Assembly (NCBI GenBank): GCA_905478555.1 | Contig: CAJQIZ010000009.1 | Span: forward strand, 53,247 to 117,246 | Source: an uncultured Flavobacteriales bacterium | Lineage (GTDB): Bacteria; Bacteroidota; Bacteroidia; Flavobacteriales; BACL11 | DNA length: 64,000 nucleotides | Direction of reading: 5' to 3' | Shown here: in pieces, positions 42,279-52,424 of the stretch | How positions within the stretch are numbered: position 1 is the stretch's first letter | Layout of the letters: every line of letters starts with the position of its first letter | The notes under the pieces: model-generated | The model's input: the letters and a program-made list of their open reading frames with translations, nothing else | Told to the model about the DNA's origin: nothing | The model's database searches: none | Made by a program: the position numbers and the translations under genes

Positions 42279-42971
42279 ATGATAAATGTAGTTACAATTG
42301 ATGACAACAAAGTAGATTTAGACAGAATAAACCTGATTCTTTATCAGATGAAGGAGGTTAATTTAGTACGAACTTTCTTAAACGCATACAAAGCTAAAGA
42401 TTATCTAATAAAAAACAGAGTAGACTTAATATTTTCTGACATTGAAATAAAGAATATTAATGGAATTAACTTATTGACTGAAATAAAAGGAAAATCAGAA
42501 GTTGTATTCATGAGTAATTATTCAGAGTATGCTGCAAAGAGCTTTAAAGCATCACCTCTAAACTATCTATTAAAACCAGTATTGAAAGAAGGAGTTCTTA
42601 CTTCAATTGAACGGTATAAAGAAAGAAATCTAAATCAAAGGGAAGTTTTTAAGTTTTTCTTCATTAAAGAAAAAAGATCTGAATACATTAAAATATACTT
42701 TGATGAAATAAATTATATTGAAGCTAATGGAGATTACTTGAAAATATTTTATTCAGATATAGAATACGAAACATTATTAACTTTAAAAAAAGTTATGAAA
42801 TTATTACCGAAAAATTTCAGCAGAACTCATAGATCTTATATTATAAATAGAAGTAAGATTGAAAATTTCAATACTGAATCTACTTATATTAATAACAAAC
42901 AAATCCCAATCTCAAGAGCCTATAGATCCCAACTACGAGATACTCTTCTTAAATCTAAGAACACGGAATAA
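42279..42971 (+). CDS. LytR/AlgR family response regulator
   Basis: DD, phospho-Asp in IFSD, YLLKP; LytTR C-terminus YIEANGDY, RTHRSYIIN, IPISR. Confidence 0.93.
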   Translation: MINVVTIDDNKVDLDRINLILYQMKEVNLVRTFLNAYKAKDYLIKNRVDLIFSDIEIKNINGINLLTEIKGKSEVVFMSNYSEYAAKSFKASPLNYLLKPVLKEGVLTSIERYKERNLNQREVFKFFFIKEKRSEYIKIYFDEINYIEANGDYLKIFYSDIEYETLLTLKKVMKLLPKNFSRTHRSYIINRSKIENFNTESTYINNKQIPISRAYRSQLRDTLLKSKNTE

Positions 42972-44592
42972 CAATCATAATAGAAGACCCACTTTCACTA
43001 GATGAAATTATCAACTCTCCATTATTTATCTCTATAAATTCTTTACACAACTCTAAGCCTAGTCCCATTCCATGTGAATTGTGATTAGTACTAAATCCAC
43101 ATCCACAATCAACAATATTTATCTTTGTTGTTTCATTTTCCTCACCAATCACTATTATTACTTCAGAATTATCAGGAGAGAATTTAATAGCATTATGTAA
43201 AATATTTCTCAGAACTATCCTTATCGTATTTTTATCTACAAAGGCTATGTAATCATCCTCATATTGATTAATTATATTTATATTCTTTTGAAGAATTTGA
43301 TTTACTAAAAGTTTAACTTCCTCTTCTACAATTTCATTAACATCAATAATTTCAGGGTATAATATAATTTTATCTTGATTATCCAAGGACCAGTTTAACA
43401 GATTATCAAACTCGAAAAGTAAGCTTTCTGAACCTTTTCTTATTTTAGAAAAATTCTCCTCTTTTTCGTCTTGAGACAATAAAAGAATAGAGGCAATTGC
43501 CCCCCTAAAATCATGTGATATAATAGAAAATAAACGATCTTTAGTTTTATTTGACTTAGTTAATTGAAGGTTTAACCTATTTTCCTTTCTAATAAAATAA
43601 TAAATAATAATGAATATTAAAAAAAATAGTAAAATTGCTAGATTACTAATTCTTTTCTCGGACTCTAATTGTAAAATTTTATTTTCTTTTTCAAAGAAAA
43701 CTCTTTGTTTATCTATCTCTTCTAACACAGCTAAATTCTTTGGTGAATTATAAAAAGATGAAATAGAATCTGCTTTTCTCTTATAATCCCAAGCCTTTTT
43801 ATATTCCCCCATTTTTAAATAAACATTAGCATAACAACTTAAAAAATGATTATTTACCTCATCATCATTTAATAAAGGAGCTATATATTCCGCCTTTTTA
43901 CAATGATATAATGCACTATCTAGTCTATTATTATTTATAAAATACTGAACAACATAAGCATGATATTGAAAGTTTTGAAGTTTTGAATCTGGAAGTTTCG
44001 GAAGTACTATTCTAGCAGAGTCAAAGTAAAACTTAGACATAGAATCTTTAGAATTGCCTAATAAATAATAATAATTTGCTAAATATTGATTGTTCTGTAT
44101 GTATTTAGAGAATTTCACTCCTTCTTCTAATCTATCAGTTACCTTATACAGAATAAATAAAACAGGACTATAACCTTCCTTTAATGCAATCTCTTCAGCA
44201 AAATTTAAATAATAATTAGCAGAAGGATTAGCTACCTTCAAATACAATAACCCTAAATTAAGATAGACCTGTGACTTCAATTCATCATAATCATCAGAAT
44301 CCTTAAGTAACTCAATTGACTTAATATATGCAAATGCGGATTCATCCCACTCCCCATATGTTTGATACCTAAGTCCTAAATAATTATAAACTGAAGATAA
44401 CTTGAAAACACTCTGACTCTCTACTTTATTTAAAAATTCAATATTTTCTAATAGAACATTTATAGACGACTCTCTATCTCCTATTAAATTATAATTCTCT
44501 GAACTTTCCCAAAGCTCATCAATATTGATTATTTGATTAGAAGAAACAGAAAAGGAAATACAACAGAAAAAAAGAATTCTAAATAAACTCAT
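42955..44592 (-). CDS. TPR-containing membrane sensor histidine kinase
   Basis: Signal peptide, TPR-like helices, TM, H-box SHDFRG, N-box NAIKFS, DCGCG, GMGLGL. Confidence 0.92.
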   Translation of the reverse strand: MSLFRILFFCCISFSVSSNQIINIDELWESSENYNLIGDRESSINVLLENIEFLNKVESQSVFKLSSVYNYLGLRYQTYGEWDESAFAYIKSIELLKDSDDYDELKSQVYLNLGLLYLKVANPSANYYLNFAEEIALKEGYSPVLFILYKVTDRLEEGVKFSKYIQNNQYLANYYYLLGNSKDSMSKFYFDSARIVLPKLPDSKLQNFQYHAYVVQYFINNNRLDSALYHCKKAEYIAPLLNDDEVNNHFLSCYANVYLKMGEYKKAWDYKRKADSISSFYNSPKNLAVLEEIDKQRVFFEKENKILQLESEKRISNLAILLFFLIFIIIYYFIRKENRLNLQLTKSNKTKDRLFSIISHDFRGAIASILLLSQDEKEENFSKIRKGSESLLFEFDNLLNWSLDNQDKIILYPEIIDVNEIVEEEVKLLVNQILQKNINIINQYEDDYIAFVDKNTIRIVLRNILHNAIKFSPDNSEVIIVIGEENETTKINIVDCGCGFSTNHNSHGMGLGLELCKEFIEINNGELIISSSESGSSIMIVIPCS

Positions 44593-45667
44593 TTCCTAAG
44601 TTAAATTTCACATCCGAAACAAATTGTTTTATTTTTTGTTCTTCCTCTTTTTTGCAAATCAGTAAAGCATGTTTGGTATCTACAACAATATAACCATCTA
44701 ATCCCTGCAGTACCGCTATTTTATCCTTTTGTATTCTTACAATATTATTTTCCGAATCGTACAACAATACTTGTTTAGATATAAGAGCATTATTATCTTT
44801 ATCTTCTTCAACATGATTAGAAAGTGAACCCCAAGTCCCTAAATCAGACCAAGCAAAATCAGAGGGATAAACAAATACATTTTTACTTTGTTCCATAATA
44901 CCATAATCAATACTAATATTTTTACATGTAGAGAAAATTTTATTTATATAGTCTGTTTCTTTATCTGTATTATACAAGTCATCTCCTTCCGAAAATATTT
45001 CATACATATCTGGAAGTAATTGTTTAAAAGAATTAATTATTGAATCTACAGACCAAATAAACATTCCAGAATTCCATAAAAAATCACCACTTGATAAAAA
45101 CTGATTTGCTAATTCTAAATTTGGTTTTTCAGTAAATGTTTTTACTTTTCGGAGTTCGTTATTCGAACCCAATAATTCATCAGAATATTGTATATACCCA
45201 TAACCTGTCTCTGCTCTACTTGGTTTTATTCCAAGAGTGATTAAATTATTTTCCTTAGAGCTAACCAGCATACACTCCTTTACAATTCTAACAAATTCTT
45301 CTTCATTAACTATTAAATGATCAGATGGAGCAACAATTATATTTGCATCTGAATTTAAAGATTTTATTTTAAAACTCGCGTAAGCAATACAAGGAGCCGT
45401 ATTTCTTCTAGCTGGTTCACAAAGAATATTCTCTTCCAGCATATCCGTTAGTTGACTTAAACATAAGTCCTTATAGTCTGTGTTAGTTACAATTAATATC
45501 TGTTTAGCAGGGCAAATTCTACTCAATCTCCTGAAAGTTTGTTGTAATAAGGTTTCTCCAATTCCTAATACATCTAAGAATTGTTTTGGCATGGATGAGG
45601 TACTCATTGGCCAAAACCTGCTACCTATACCCCCCGCCATTATTACTGCATAATTATTATCTCTCAT
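44579..45667 (-). CDS. manC: Mannose-1-phosphate guanylyltransferase
   Basis: MAGGIGSRFWP, PKQF, RNTAP, GYGYI, WNSGMF, WSDLG. Confidence 0.95.
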   Translation of the reverse strand: MRDNNYAVIMAGGIGSRFWPMSTSSMPKQFLDVLGIGETLLQQTFRRLSRICPAKQILIVTNTDYKDLCLSQLTDMLEENILCEPARRNTAPCIAYASFKIKSLNSDANIIVAPSDHLIVNEEEFVRIVKECMLVSSKENNLITLGIKPSRAETGYGYIQYSDELLGSNNELRKVKTFTEKPNLELANQFLSSGDFLWNSGMFIWSVDSIINSFKQLLPDMYEIFSEGDDLYNTDKETDYINKIFSTCKNISIDYGIMEQSKNVFVYPSDFAWSDLGTWGSLSNHVEEDKDNNALISKQVLLYDSENNIVRIQKDKIAVLQGLDGYIVVDTKHALLICKKEEEQKIKQFVSDVKFNLGNEFI

Positions 45668-45710
45668 CTTTTAATAATTTCATCATTTATTAGCAAATAT
45701 ACTAAATTGT

Positions 45711-46292
45711 TTACAAAGGAATAACCTCAGCAAGTGGAGAAAACCGATATAATTTACCACTTTTAATTTCCTTACATTTATAGTTTTTTCTGAGTTTACA
45801 AATCTTCTGAAATTGAGTACCATTAGCAATCTCAAAATAATCTCCATCTTTTATTCTATCAATAGTAAAAGAAGGAAGGACATCATATTTTCTTAATATT
45901 GTACTTAAATCAACATCTCTCACTGTAGATGCTTTCGGAAGAATCATATGTTTAGCAAGTGCACTTAAGATATCTTTTGGGAAATAATTTGGATGGAGAA
46001 AAGGAAGAATCATTCTTTTAAATTCCATCTTCCATTCTAGTCCGTGAGGAGTCACCTTACTTCCATATTTAATCCAGATACTAGCATGAGCCATTTCATG
46101 TATCAAGGTAATTAAAAAGGAATATCTATTTAAATTATTATTAATTCGGATATTATTTTCAGAAAATCTCTTTGAAATAAAAACACCTAATCTACTTTTA
46201 GAAGGATTTGTAACAATTACTTTTACATTAAATTCTTTTTCCCAATTACTAATTTTTAATTCAGTCTCTTTATTTAAAAAGTGGGATAACAT
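45711..46292 (-). CDS. SprT-like metalloprotease domain protein
   Basis: HEMAH, PHGLEWK. Confidence 0.88.
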   Translation of the reverse strand: MLSHFLNKETELKISNWEKEFNVKVIVTNPSKSRLGVFISKRFSENNIRINNNLNRYSFLITLIHEMAHASIWIKYGSKVTPHGLEWKMEFKRMILPFLHPNYFPKDILSALAKHMILPKASTVRDVDLSTILRKYDVLPSFTIDRIKDGDYFEIANGTQFQKICKLRKNYKCKEIKSGKLYRFSPLAEVIPL

Positions 46293-48367
46293 TAACTTAA
46301 AATACTATAAGCGATAAAAGAAGACATATAAGCTAAAACACTCATATAAAGCAACTGAATTAATGGCCATTTCCAACCTTTCGTTTCTCTATATACTACC
46401 GCAATAGTACTCATACATTGCATGGAAAAAGCATAAAACAACATTAATGAAATTCCAACAGCAGTAGTAAAAAACACCTCTCCAGTTTCTAAATTTTTAG
46501 CTGATTTTAACTTTTGTTTTATTGAATAAATATCTGTACCACCAACACTATAAATAGTAGACATTGTACCAACAAATACCTCACGAGCAGCAAAAGAGGT
46601 AATTAATGAGATTCCAATTCTCCAATCAAAACCTAATGGTTTTATTGCAGGCTCTATCGATTTTCCAATCATACCAGCATAGGAAACCTCTAGTTTTTTT
46701 GATGGTACTACTACTTCTGCATTTTCAACATTAGCATATTCTTGTTCTATTCTATCAAATGCACCTGAAGGAGCATAAGATGATAATACCCATAACACAA
46801 TAGAAATGGCTATAATAATCTTACCCGCATCAAATAAAAAAACTTTTACTTTCTCAATAATAGTATATATAACTGTTTTATAATCTGGTATTTTATAAGA
46901 CGGCATTTCCATTACATAATAACCTTTTTCCTTTTGATTTATAATAAACTTCAATACAAAAGCAGTTAATAATGCTGCAATAAAACCTAATAAATAAAAC
47001 GCCATCATTACTAAACCTTGCACATTAAACATTCCCCAACTTGCAGTTTCAGGTATCATCATAGAGATGATTAAAGTATAAACAGGCAACCTAGCGGAAC
47101 AACTCATTAATGGAACTACAAAAATAGTAATTAACCTTTCTTTAGAAGAAGAGATGGTTCTGGCCGACATAATAGCTGGTACCGCACATGCCGCACCACT
47201 TAAAAGAGGAATTATAGACCTACCATTCAAACCGAAACCTCTTAATATTTTATCTGTTATAAAAGACACTCTCGCCATATACCCTGTATCCTCCAAAAAG
47301 GCAATAAAGGCAAAAAGAAATGCAATCTGGGGAACAAAAATCATAATCCCTCCTAATCCTGCCAGAATACCATTTACAATTAAATCGTTTAACATACCCT
47401 GAGGCAAGTTAGTTGCTACCCAATTAGAAAAGAAACTAAAACCGTTATCAATCCATTCCATAGGCAATTGGGACCATGAAAATATAGCTTGAAAAACAAA
47501 GAACAGAACTAATAGAAAAAACAAATATCCTAAAACAGGATGTAATAATAAATCATCTATTCGTTTTGTAAAATTCCTTTTTATTAAAGCGATATTCTCT
47601 CCAATACATTTTGCAAGTATTTTATCAATTTCCTTATACCTTCTTACTGTTTCAGTAGCTAAAGATCTTGTAGGGTTAAAACCTTCATCTTTAGATAGAA
47701 CTTCTAATTTTATTTTTACTGCAGAATTATTATTTAGTTTCTGTTTACACAAAGATAAAAAAGTTGCATAATCATTTTCTTTTCCTCTTATGTTGTTTCC
47801 TTCAGCAATCAATACTGGAAATAAAGTAGAAACTGAAAAAATAGTTTTCTTAGGAGTACTTACATCTAATATAATGTCTTTTAAATTTTGTAACCCTTCA
47901 TGTTTTCTGGCATTTATAGAAACTACTGGGATACCTAACTCCTCTGACAAAACATCTTTATCAATTACTATCCCTAAATCTCTAGATACATCTAGCATGT
48001 TTAAAGCTAATACTACTTTCATCTTCAAATCAATTATCTGAGTTAAAAGTAAAAGTGATTTTCTTAAGTTAGAAGAGTCTGCAATAATAACGGTTACTTC
48101 AGGATAATCTAAATTAGTAATGTCACACAAAATATCCTGACTTACTTTTTCATCTAATGATTTAGGATACAAACTATAAGTACCTGGCAAATCAATTATT
48201 TCTGCTTTTATTTCAGAAGATAAGTTACAAGTCCCTGTTTTTTTGTCTACTGTAATACCAGGATAATTACCTACTTGCTGATTCAATCCTGTAAGAGAAT
48301 TAAACAAAGTAGATTTCCCAGAATTAGGGTTTCCCGCAAGTGCAATTTTCATTGTTTTACTACTCAT
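46292..48367 (-). CDS. feoB: Ferrous iron transport protein B
   Basis: GNPNSGKS, NYPGITV, DLPGTYSL, CAVPA, MSCSARLP, AAREV. Confidence 0.97.
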   Translation of the reverse strand: MSSKTMKIALAGNPNSGKSTLFNSLTGLNQQVGNYPGITVDKKTGTCNLSSEIKAEIIDLPGTYSLYPKSLDEKVSQDILCDITNLDYPEVTVIIADSSNLRKSLLLLTQIIDLKMKVVLALNMLDVSRDLGIVIDKDVLSEELGIPVVSINARKHEGLQNLKDIILDVSTPKKTIFSVSTLFPVLIAEGNNIRGKENDYATFLSLCKQKLNNNSAVKIKLEVLSKDEGFNPTRSLATETVRRYKEIDKILAKCIGENIALIKRNFTKRIDDLLLHPVLGYLFFLLVLFFVFQAIFSWSQLPMEWIDNGFSFFSNWVATNLPQGMLNDLIVNGILAGLGGIMIFVPQIAFLFAFIAFLEDTGYMARVSFITDKILRGFGLNGRSIIPLLSGAACAVPAIMSARTISSSKERLITIFVVPLMSCSARLPVYTLIISMMIPETASWGMFNVQGLVMMAFYLLGFIAALLTAFVLKFIINQKEKGYYVMEMPSYKIPDYKTVIYTIIEKVKVFLFDAGKIIIAISIVLWVLSSYAPSGAFDRIEQEYANVENAEVVVPSKKLEVSYAGMIGKSIEPAIKPLGFDWRIGISLITSFAAREVFVGTMSTIYSVGGTDIYSIKQKLKSAKNLETGEVFFTTAVGISLMLFYAFSMQCMSTIAVVYRETKGWKWPLIQLLYMSVLAYMSSFIAYSILS

Positions 48368-48590
48368 TTTCTATGTTGATTATTATCTTATCAGCATCCG
48401 AAAGACGAACACTTAAAAGAAGATTAGAAACCAAAATTGATATCGGATCTTTAAATGGAGATTTTCTCTCCAATTCAATTACTTGACCAGGAGTAACTCC
48501 CATTTCTAGAAGTTGCTGCTCTAAGAAATCATCTTCAACAGAAGATAAAATTCCTTTCTCACCAATTTGTAATTCCGATAATTTTTTCAT
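48360..48590 (-). CDS. feoA: Ferrous iron transport protein A
   Basis: LLEMGVTPG, SPFKDP; immediately upstream of feoB. Confidence 0.93.
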   Translation of the reverse strand: MKKLSELQIGEKGILSSVEDDFLEQQLLEMGVTPGQVIELERKSPFKDPISILVSNLLLSVRLSDADKIIINIENE

Positions 48591-48604
48591 CCCGCAAATC
48601 TAAC

Positions 48605-48625
48605 TATTTAGAATCAATCTAAAAG
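48605..48625. promoter_or_regulatory. Candidate iron-responsive (Fur-type) operator
   Basis: TTTAGA-atcaa-TCTAAA inverted repeat just upstream of the feoA -7 element (TAGATTTG, 48602-48595). Confidence 0.6.
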
Positions 48626-48630
48626 AAAAT

Positions 48631-48768
48631 TTATGAATTACTTTTATGAGTATTTGAAATTTCTGATCCGAAATTAGGACAATCACAATTATCACCCTTA
48701 AGGATTTTGCAAGAAGAAAAAAGAGTGATACCAAATACGATAATAATATAAATAAAAGTCTTTTCCAT
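48631..48768 (-). CDS. 45-aa small lipoprotein with CDCP motif
   Basis: Start 48768, lipobox FSSC; own TATTTTTG promoter. Confidence 0.65.
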   Translation of the reverse strand: MEKTFIYIIIVFGITLFSSCKILKGDNCDCPNFGSEISNTHKSNS

Positions 48769-48843
48769 AATAAGTTCAAAAATATATAAATATAGAACAG
48801 TAATAGGCATAATATATTGCAAAATATATTTACTTTTACAATG

Positions 48844-49584
48844 ATGATTAAGGGACTAAAAAATATTGGTAATTACTTCATAATGATGAAGAAAGTGATG
48901 AGTAGACCTGAAAAATATTCTGTTTTTTTAAAGCAATTAAAACTAGAAATTGGAAAGATAGGATTAGACTCTATAGGAATCGTTATTATTATATCATTTT
49001 TTATTGGTGCGGTAGTAACAATTCAACAATCCATAAATTTAGAGAACCCTTTATTACCTAAATACTTAATTGGATTAGTTAGTAGAGATGCTTTAATATT
49101 GGAGTTTGCACCTACAATGATTGGACTAATATTAGCAGGGAAAATCGGATCAAGTATTGCTTCAGAAATAGGGATGATGAAGGTAACCGAACAAATTGAC
49201 GCATTAGAAATAATGGGAATTAACTCTGCATCTTTTTTAATATTACCAAAAATAATAGCAGCAATGTTCTTTTTCCCTATTCTAATTATTTTAAGTATTA
49301 CTATTGGAATTATTGGAGGTTGGTTAGGAGGTCTTTCTATGGATATACCTACAGCAGATTTCGTATACGGACTTCAGTATCAATTTATACCTTTTTATGT
49401 TACCTACTCTTTAATTAAAACAGTAGTGTTTGCTTTTCTTATTACTTCTATTTCTGCATTTTATGGATACACTACAAAAGGTGGTGCTATCAATGTCGGG
49501 AAATCTAGTACCCTTGCGGTAGTTTACAGTAGTATTTTACTTCTTATTTTTAACTTTATTTTAACAGACTTAATTTTATCATGA
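48844..49584 (+). CDS. mlaE: MlaE-family ABC transporter permease
   Basis: EFAP, AGKIGSSIASEIG, EQIDALE, GKSST. Confidence 0.93.
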   Translation: MIKGLKNIGNYFIMMKKVMSRPEKYSVFLKQLKLEIGKIGLDSIGIVIIISFFIGAVVTIQQSINLENPLLPKYLIGLVSRDALILEFAPTMIGLILAGKIGSSIASEIGMMKVTEQIDALEIMGINSASFLILPKIIAAMFFFPILIILSITIGIIGGWLGGLSMDIPTADFVYGLQYQFIPFYVTYSLIKTVVFAFLITSISAFYGYTTKGGAINVGKSSTLAVVYSSILLLIFNFILTDLILS

Positions 49585-50330
49585 TTAAAGTAGAAAACAT
49601 ACGAAAAGAATTTGGTGATAATTTAGTTCTAAATGATGTATCCTTCTCTTTTGAAAAACGAAAAACTAATTTAATTATTGGAGAAAGTGGATCTGGAAAA
49701 ACAACTTTATTAAAACTACTTATAGGACTTCATACTTTAGATAGTGGAAACATTATTTATGACGGAAGAGTATTTAATGAAATGAAATTAAAGCAGAAAC
49801 GATTAATTCGACAAGAAATAGGAATGTTATTTCAGGGAGGAGCTCTATTTGATTATATGTCAGTAGAAGAAAACATAATGTTTCCACTAACTATGTTTAC
49901 TGAACAATCTGAAGAGGAAAAATTAGATAGAGTAAACTTTTGTCTGCAAAGAGTAAATTTAGAAAACACTAACACTTTACTTCCTTCTGAATTAAGTGGA
50001 GGAATGCTAAAAAGAGTTGCAATTGCTAGAGCTATTTCTATGAATCCTAAATATTTACTTTGTGACGAACCAAATTCAGGTTTAGATCCGAAAACCGCAA
50101 TAGTTATTGATAACTTAATACAAGAAATAACAGAAGAGTTTGATATGACCACTATTGTAAATACTCATGATATGAACTCAGTAATGCAAATTGGGGAAAA
50201 TATTGTTTTTATACATAAAGGTGTTATTTGGTGGGAAGGAAATAAAGAAGAATTAATACACACCAACAATAAGGAATTAAATGATTTTGTATTTGCTTCC
50301 GAACTTTTTAAAAGATTAAAAAACAAATAA
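49581..50330 (+). CDS. mlaF: MlaF-family ABC transporter ATPase
   Basis: GESGSGKT, FQGGALFD, LSGGM, DEPNSGLDP, THD. Confidence 0.93.
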   Translation: MIKVENIRKEFGDNLVLNDVSFSFEKRKTNLIIGESGSGKTTLLKLLIGLHTLDSGNIIYDGRVFNEMKLKQKRLIRQEIGMLFQGGALFDYMSVEENIMFPLTMFTEQSEEEKLDRVNFCLQRVNLENTNTLLPSELSGGMLKRVAIARAISMNPKYLLCDEPNSGLDPKTAIVIDNLIQEITEEFDMTTIVNTHDMNSVMQIGENIVFIHKGVIWWEGNKEELIHTNNKELNDFVFASELFKRLKNK

Positions 50331-51097
50331 TGAGGAGGGTAAAGGCTAAAAAACACTTAGGACAACACTTCCTTAATGACTATAGTATTGCAGAAGATAT
50401 TGTAAGTCAATTAGAATACAAGAATAAAATAACACTAGAGATTGGTCCTGGAATGGGAGTGCTTACTCAATTTTTAACAAATAGAGATACTAACTTAGAA
50501 GTAGTAGAATTAGACAGGGAATCTGTTTTTTATTTACGATTAAATTATCCCAAATTAAAAATAATTGAAGGAGATTTTCTACAATTAGAAATTGATAAAT
50601 TATACCAAGAGCCAATATCATTAATTGGTAATTTTCCTTACAATATTTCTTCACAGATACTTTTTAAGGCTTTTGAAAATAGAGATAAAATAACAGAAGT
50701 AGTAGGTATGTTTCAGAAGGAAGTAGCGGAAAGGATTGCATCAGTAAAAGGAAAAAAGAAAGGAATTCTATCTGTATTATTACAGACATTTTATAATATA
50801 GAGTATTGCTTCACAGTAGAACCACATGTTTTCACTCCACCACCAAAAGTAAAATCAGGAGTAGTTAAATTAGTGAGAAACGATAGAGAAAAACTGGATT
50901 GTGATGAAAAACTATTTATACAGATTGTAAAAGCAGGATACAATCAGAGAAGAAAAACTTTGAGGAATGCCTTAAAAGCCTTTAATTTGGAATCAGATAC
51001 AGAAATTGACTTACTTTTAAATAGAAGAGCAGAAGAATTAGATGTGGAAGACTTCATAATACTGACAAACAATGCAGAAAAAGGAAGAGATAAATAA
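50330..51097 (+). CDS. rsmA: 16S rRNA dimethyladenosine transferase
   Basis: KKHLGQHFL, EIGPG, GNFPYNIS, MFQKEVA, QRRKTL. Confidence 0.97.
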   Translation: MRRVKAKKHLGQHFLNDYSIAEDIVSQLEYKNKITLEIGPGMGVLTQFLTNRDTNLEVVELDRESVFYLRLNYPKLKIIEGDFLQLEIDKLYQEPISLIGNFPYNISSQILFKAFENRDKITEVVGMFQKEVAERIASVKGKKKGILSVLLQTFYNIEYCFTVEPHVFTPPPKVKSGVVKLVRNDREKLDCDEKLFIQIVKAGYNQRRKTLRNALKAFNLESDTEIDLLLNRRAEELDVEDFIILTNNAEKGRDK

Positions 51098-52424
51098 TAA
51101 ATTTTTAGAAGATATATCTATTTTAATTAGCAATAACTCCTCTAATAAAATTAAAGAATTAATATCCGATCTGCACACTGCAGACATTGCAGAAGTAATA
51201 GAGAAACTACCTATTCATCAATCTAATTACTTATTCCAATTATTAGACGAAGAAATATCGGCAGTAGTACTTATTGAATTAGAAGAAGATATGAGAGAAC
51301 ATCTTTTATCTTTACTTTCATCAAAGGAAATTGCAACTGAAATAATAGAGAACTTAGAATCAGATGATGCAACGGATGTTATATCCGAATTACCAGAACA
51401 GCAGATAGAAGAAGTGCTTTCCTTAATTGAAGACAATGAACATGCTGCTGACATATCTGACTTATTAAATTATGAAGAAGATACTGCTGGAGGATTAATG
51501 GCAAAAGAACTTATTAAAGTAAGGGAAAACTGGAGTAATCTGCAGTGCTTAAAAGAAATGAGAAAGCAAGCTGCTGATGTTAAAAAAGTACATACCATAT
51601 ATGTAGTAGATGAGGAAGATAAATTGTTAGGAACACTATCTTTAAAAAGGTTATTATTATCAGATAGCAAAACAGAAATTAGAGAGATTACTAATTATGA
51701 AATAATATCTGTTCTAGCAACAGAAGATGATGAGTCTGTTGCAAACATCATGAATAAATACGATTTAATTGTAATTCCGGTAGTAGACAAAAACAATGTA
51801 CTTATTGGAAGAATTACTATTGATGACGCAATGGATGTAGTGAAGGAAGAAGCAGAAAAAGATTATCAAATGGCATCTGGTATTTCAGAGGATGTAGAAA
51901 GTAGTGATAATATTTGGCAGCTTACCAGAGCAAGATTACCTTGGTTATTAATTGGTTTATTTGGAGGTTTATTGGGAGCCAAAGTAATTGGGATATTTGA
52001 TTTGGAAAACAATATTGAACTTGCATTTTTCATTCCACTTATTGCAGCAATGGGAGGAAATGTTGGAGTACAATCGGCAGCTATTGTAGTGCAAGGACTA
52101 GCAAATGACTCCTTGAAAATGGATAATATATTTAGAAAATTAGTAAAAGAATTAGGATTAGGTATGTTAAACGGAATGATCTGTTCTCTTATAATTTTAG
52201 GAGCTGCTTTTTCATTAGGATATAGTATGGAACTGAGCCTAACTGTAAGTATTTCTTTATTGGCGGTTATTATTTTTGCAGCTGTATTTGGCACTTTTAT
52301 TCCTCTTACTTTAGAAAAATACAAGATTGACCCTGCAGTCGCTACTGGACCCTTCATTACTACTGTAAATGATGTACTAGGGTTATTTATCTATTTCTAT
52401 ATTGGGCAATTATTAATGTCATGA
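51072..52424 (+). CDS. mgtE: Magnesium transporter MgtE
   Basis: Acidic N-domain, CBS pair, RLPWL, MGGNVG, DPAVATGP. Confidence 0.96.
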   Translation: MQKKEEINNKFLEDISILISNNSSNKIKELISDLHTADIAEVIEKLPIHQSNYLFQLLDEEISAVVLIELEEDMREHLLSLLSSKEIATEIIENLESDDATDVISELPEQQIEEVLSLIEDNEHAADISDLLNYEEDTAGGLMAKELIKVRENWSNLQCLKEMRKQAADVKKVHTIYVVDEEDKLLGTLSLKRLLLSDSKTEIREITNYEIISVLATEDDESVANIMNKYDLIVIPVVDKNNVLIGRITIDDAMDVVKEEAEKDYQMASGISEDVESSDNIWQLTRARLPWLLIGLFGGLLGAKVIGIFDLENNIELAFFIPLIAAMGGNVGVQSAAIVVQGLANDSLKMDNIFRKLVKELGLGMLNGMICSLIILGAAFSLGYSMELSLTVSISLLAVIIFAAVFGTFIPLTLEKYKIDPAVATGPFITTVNDVLGLFIYFYIGQLLMS

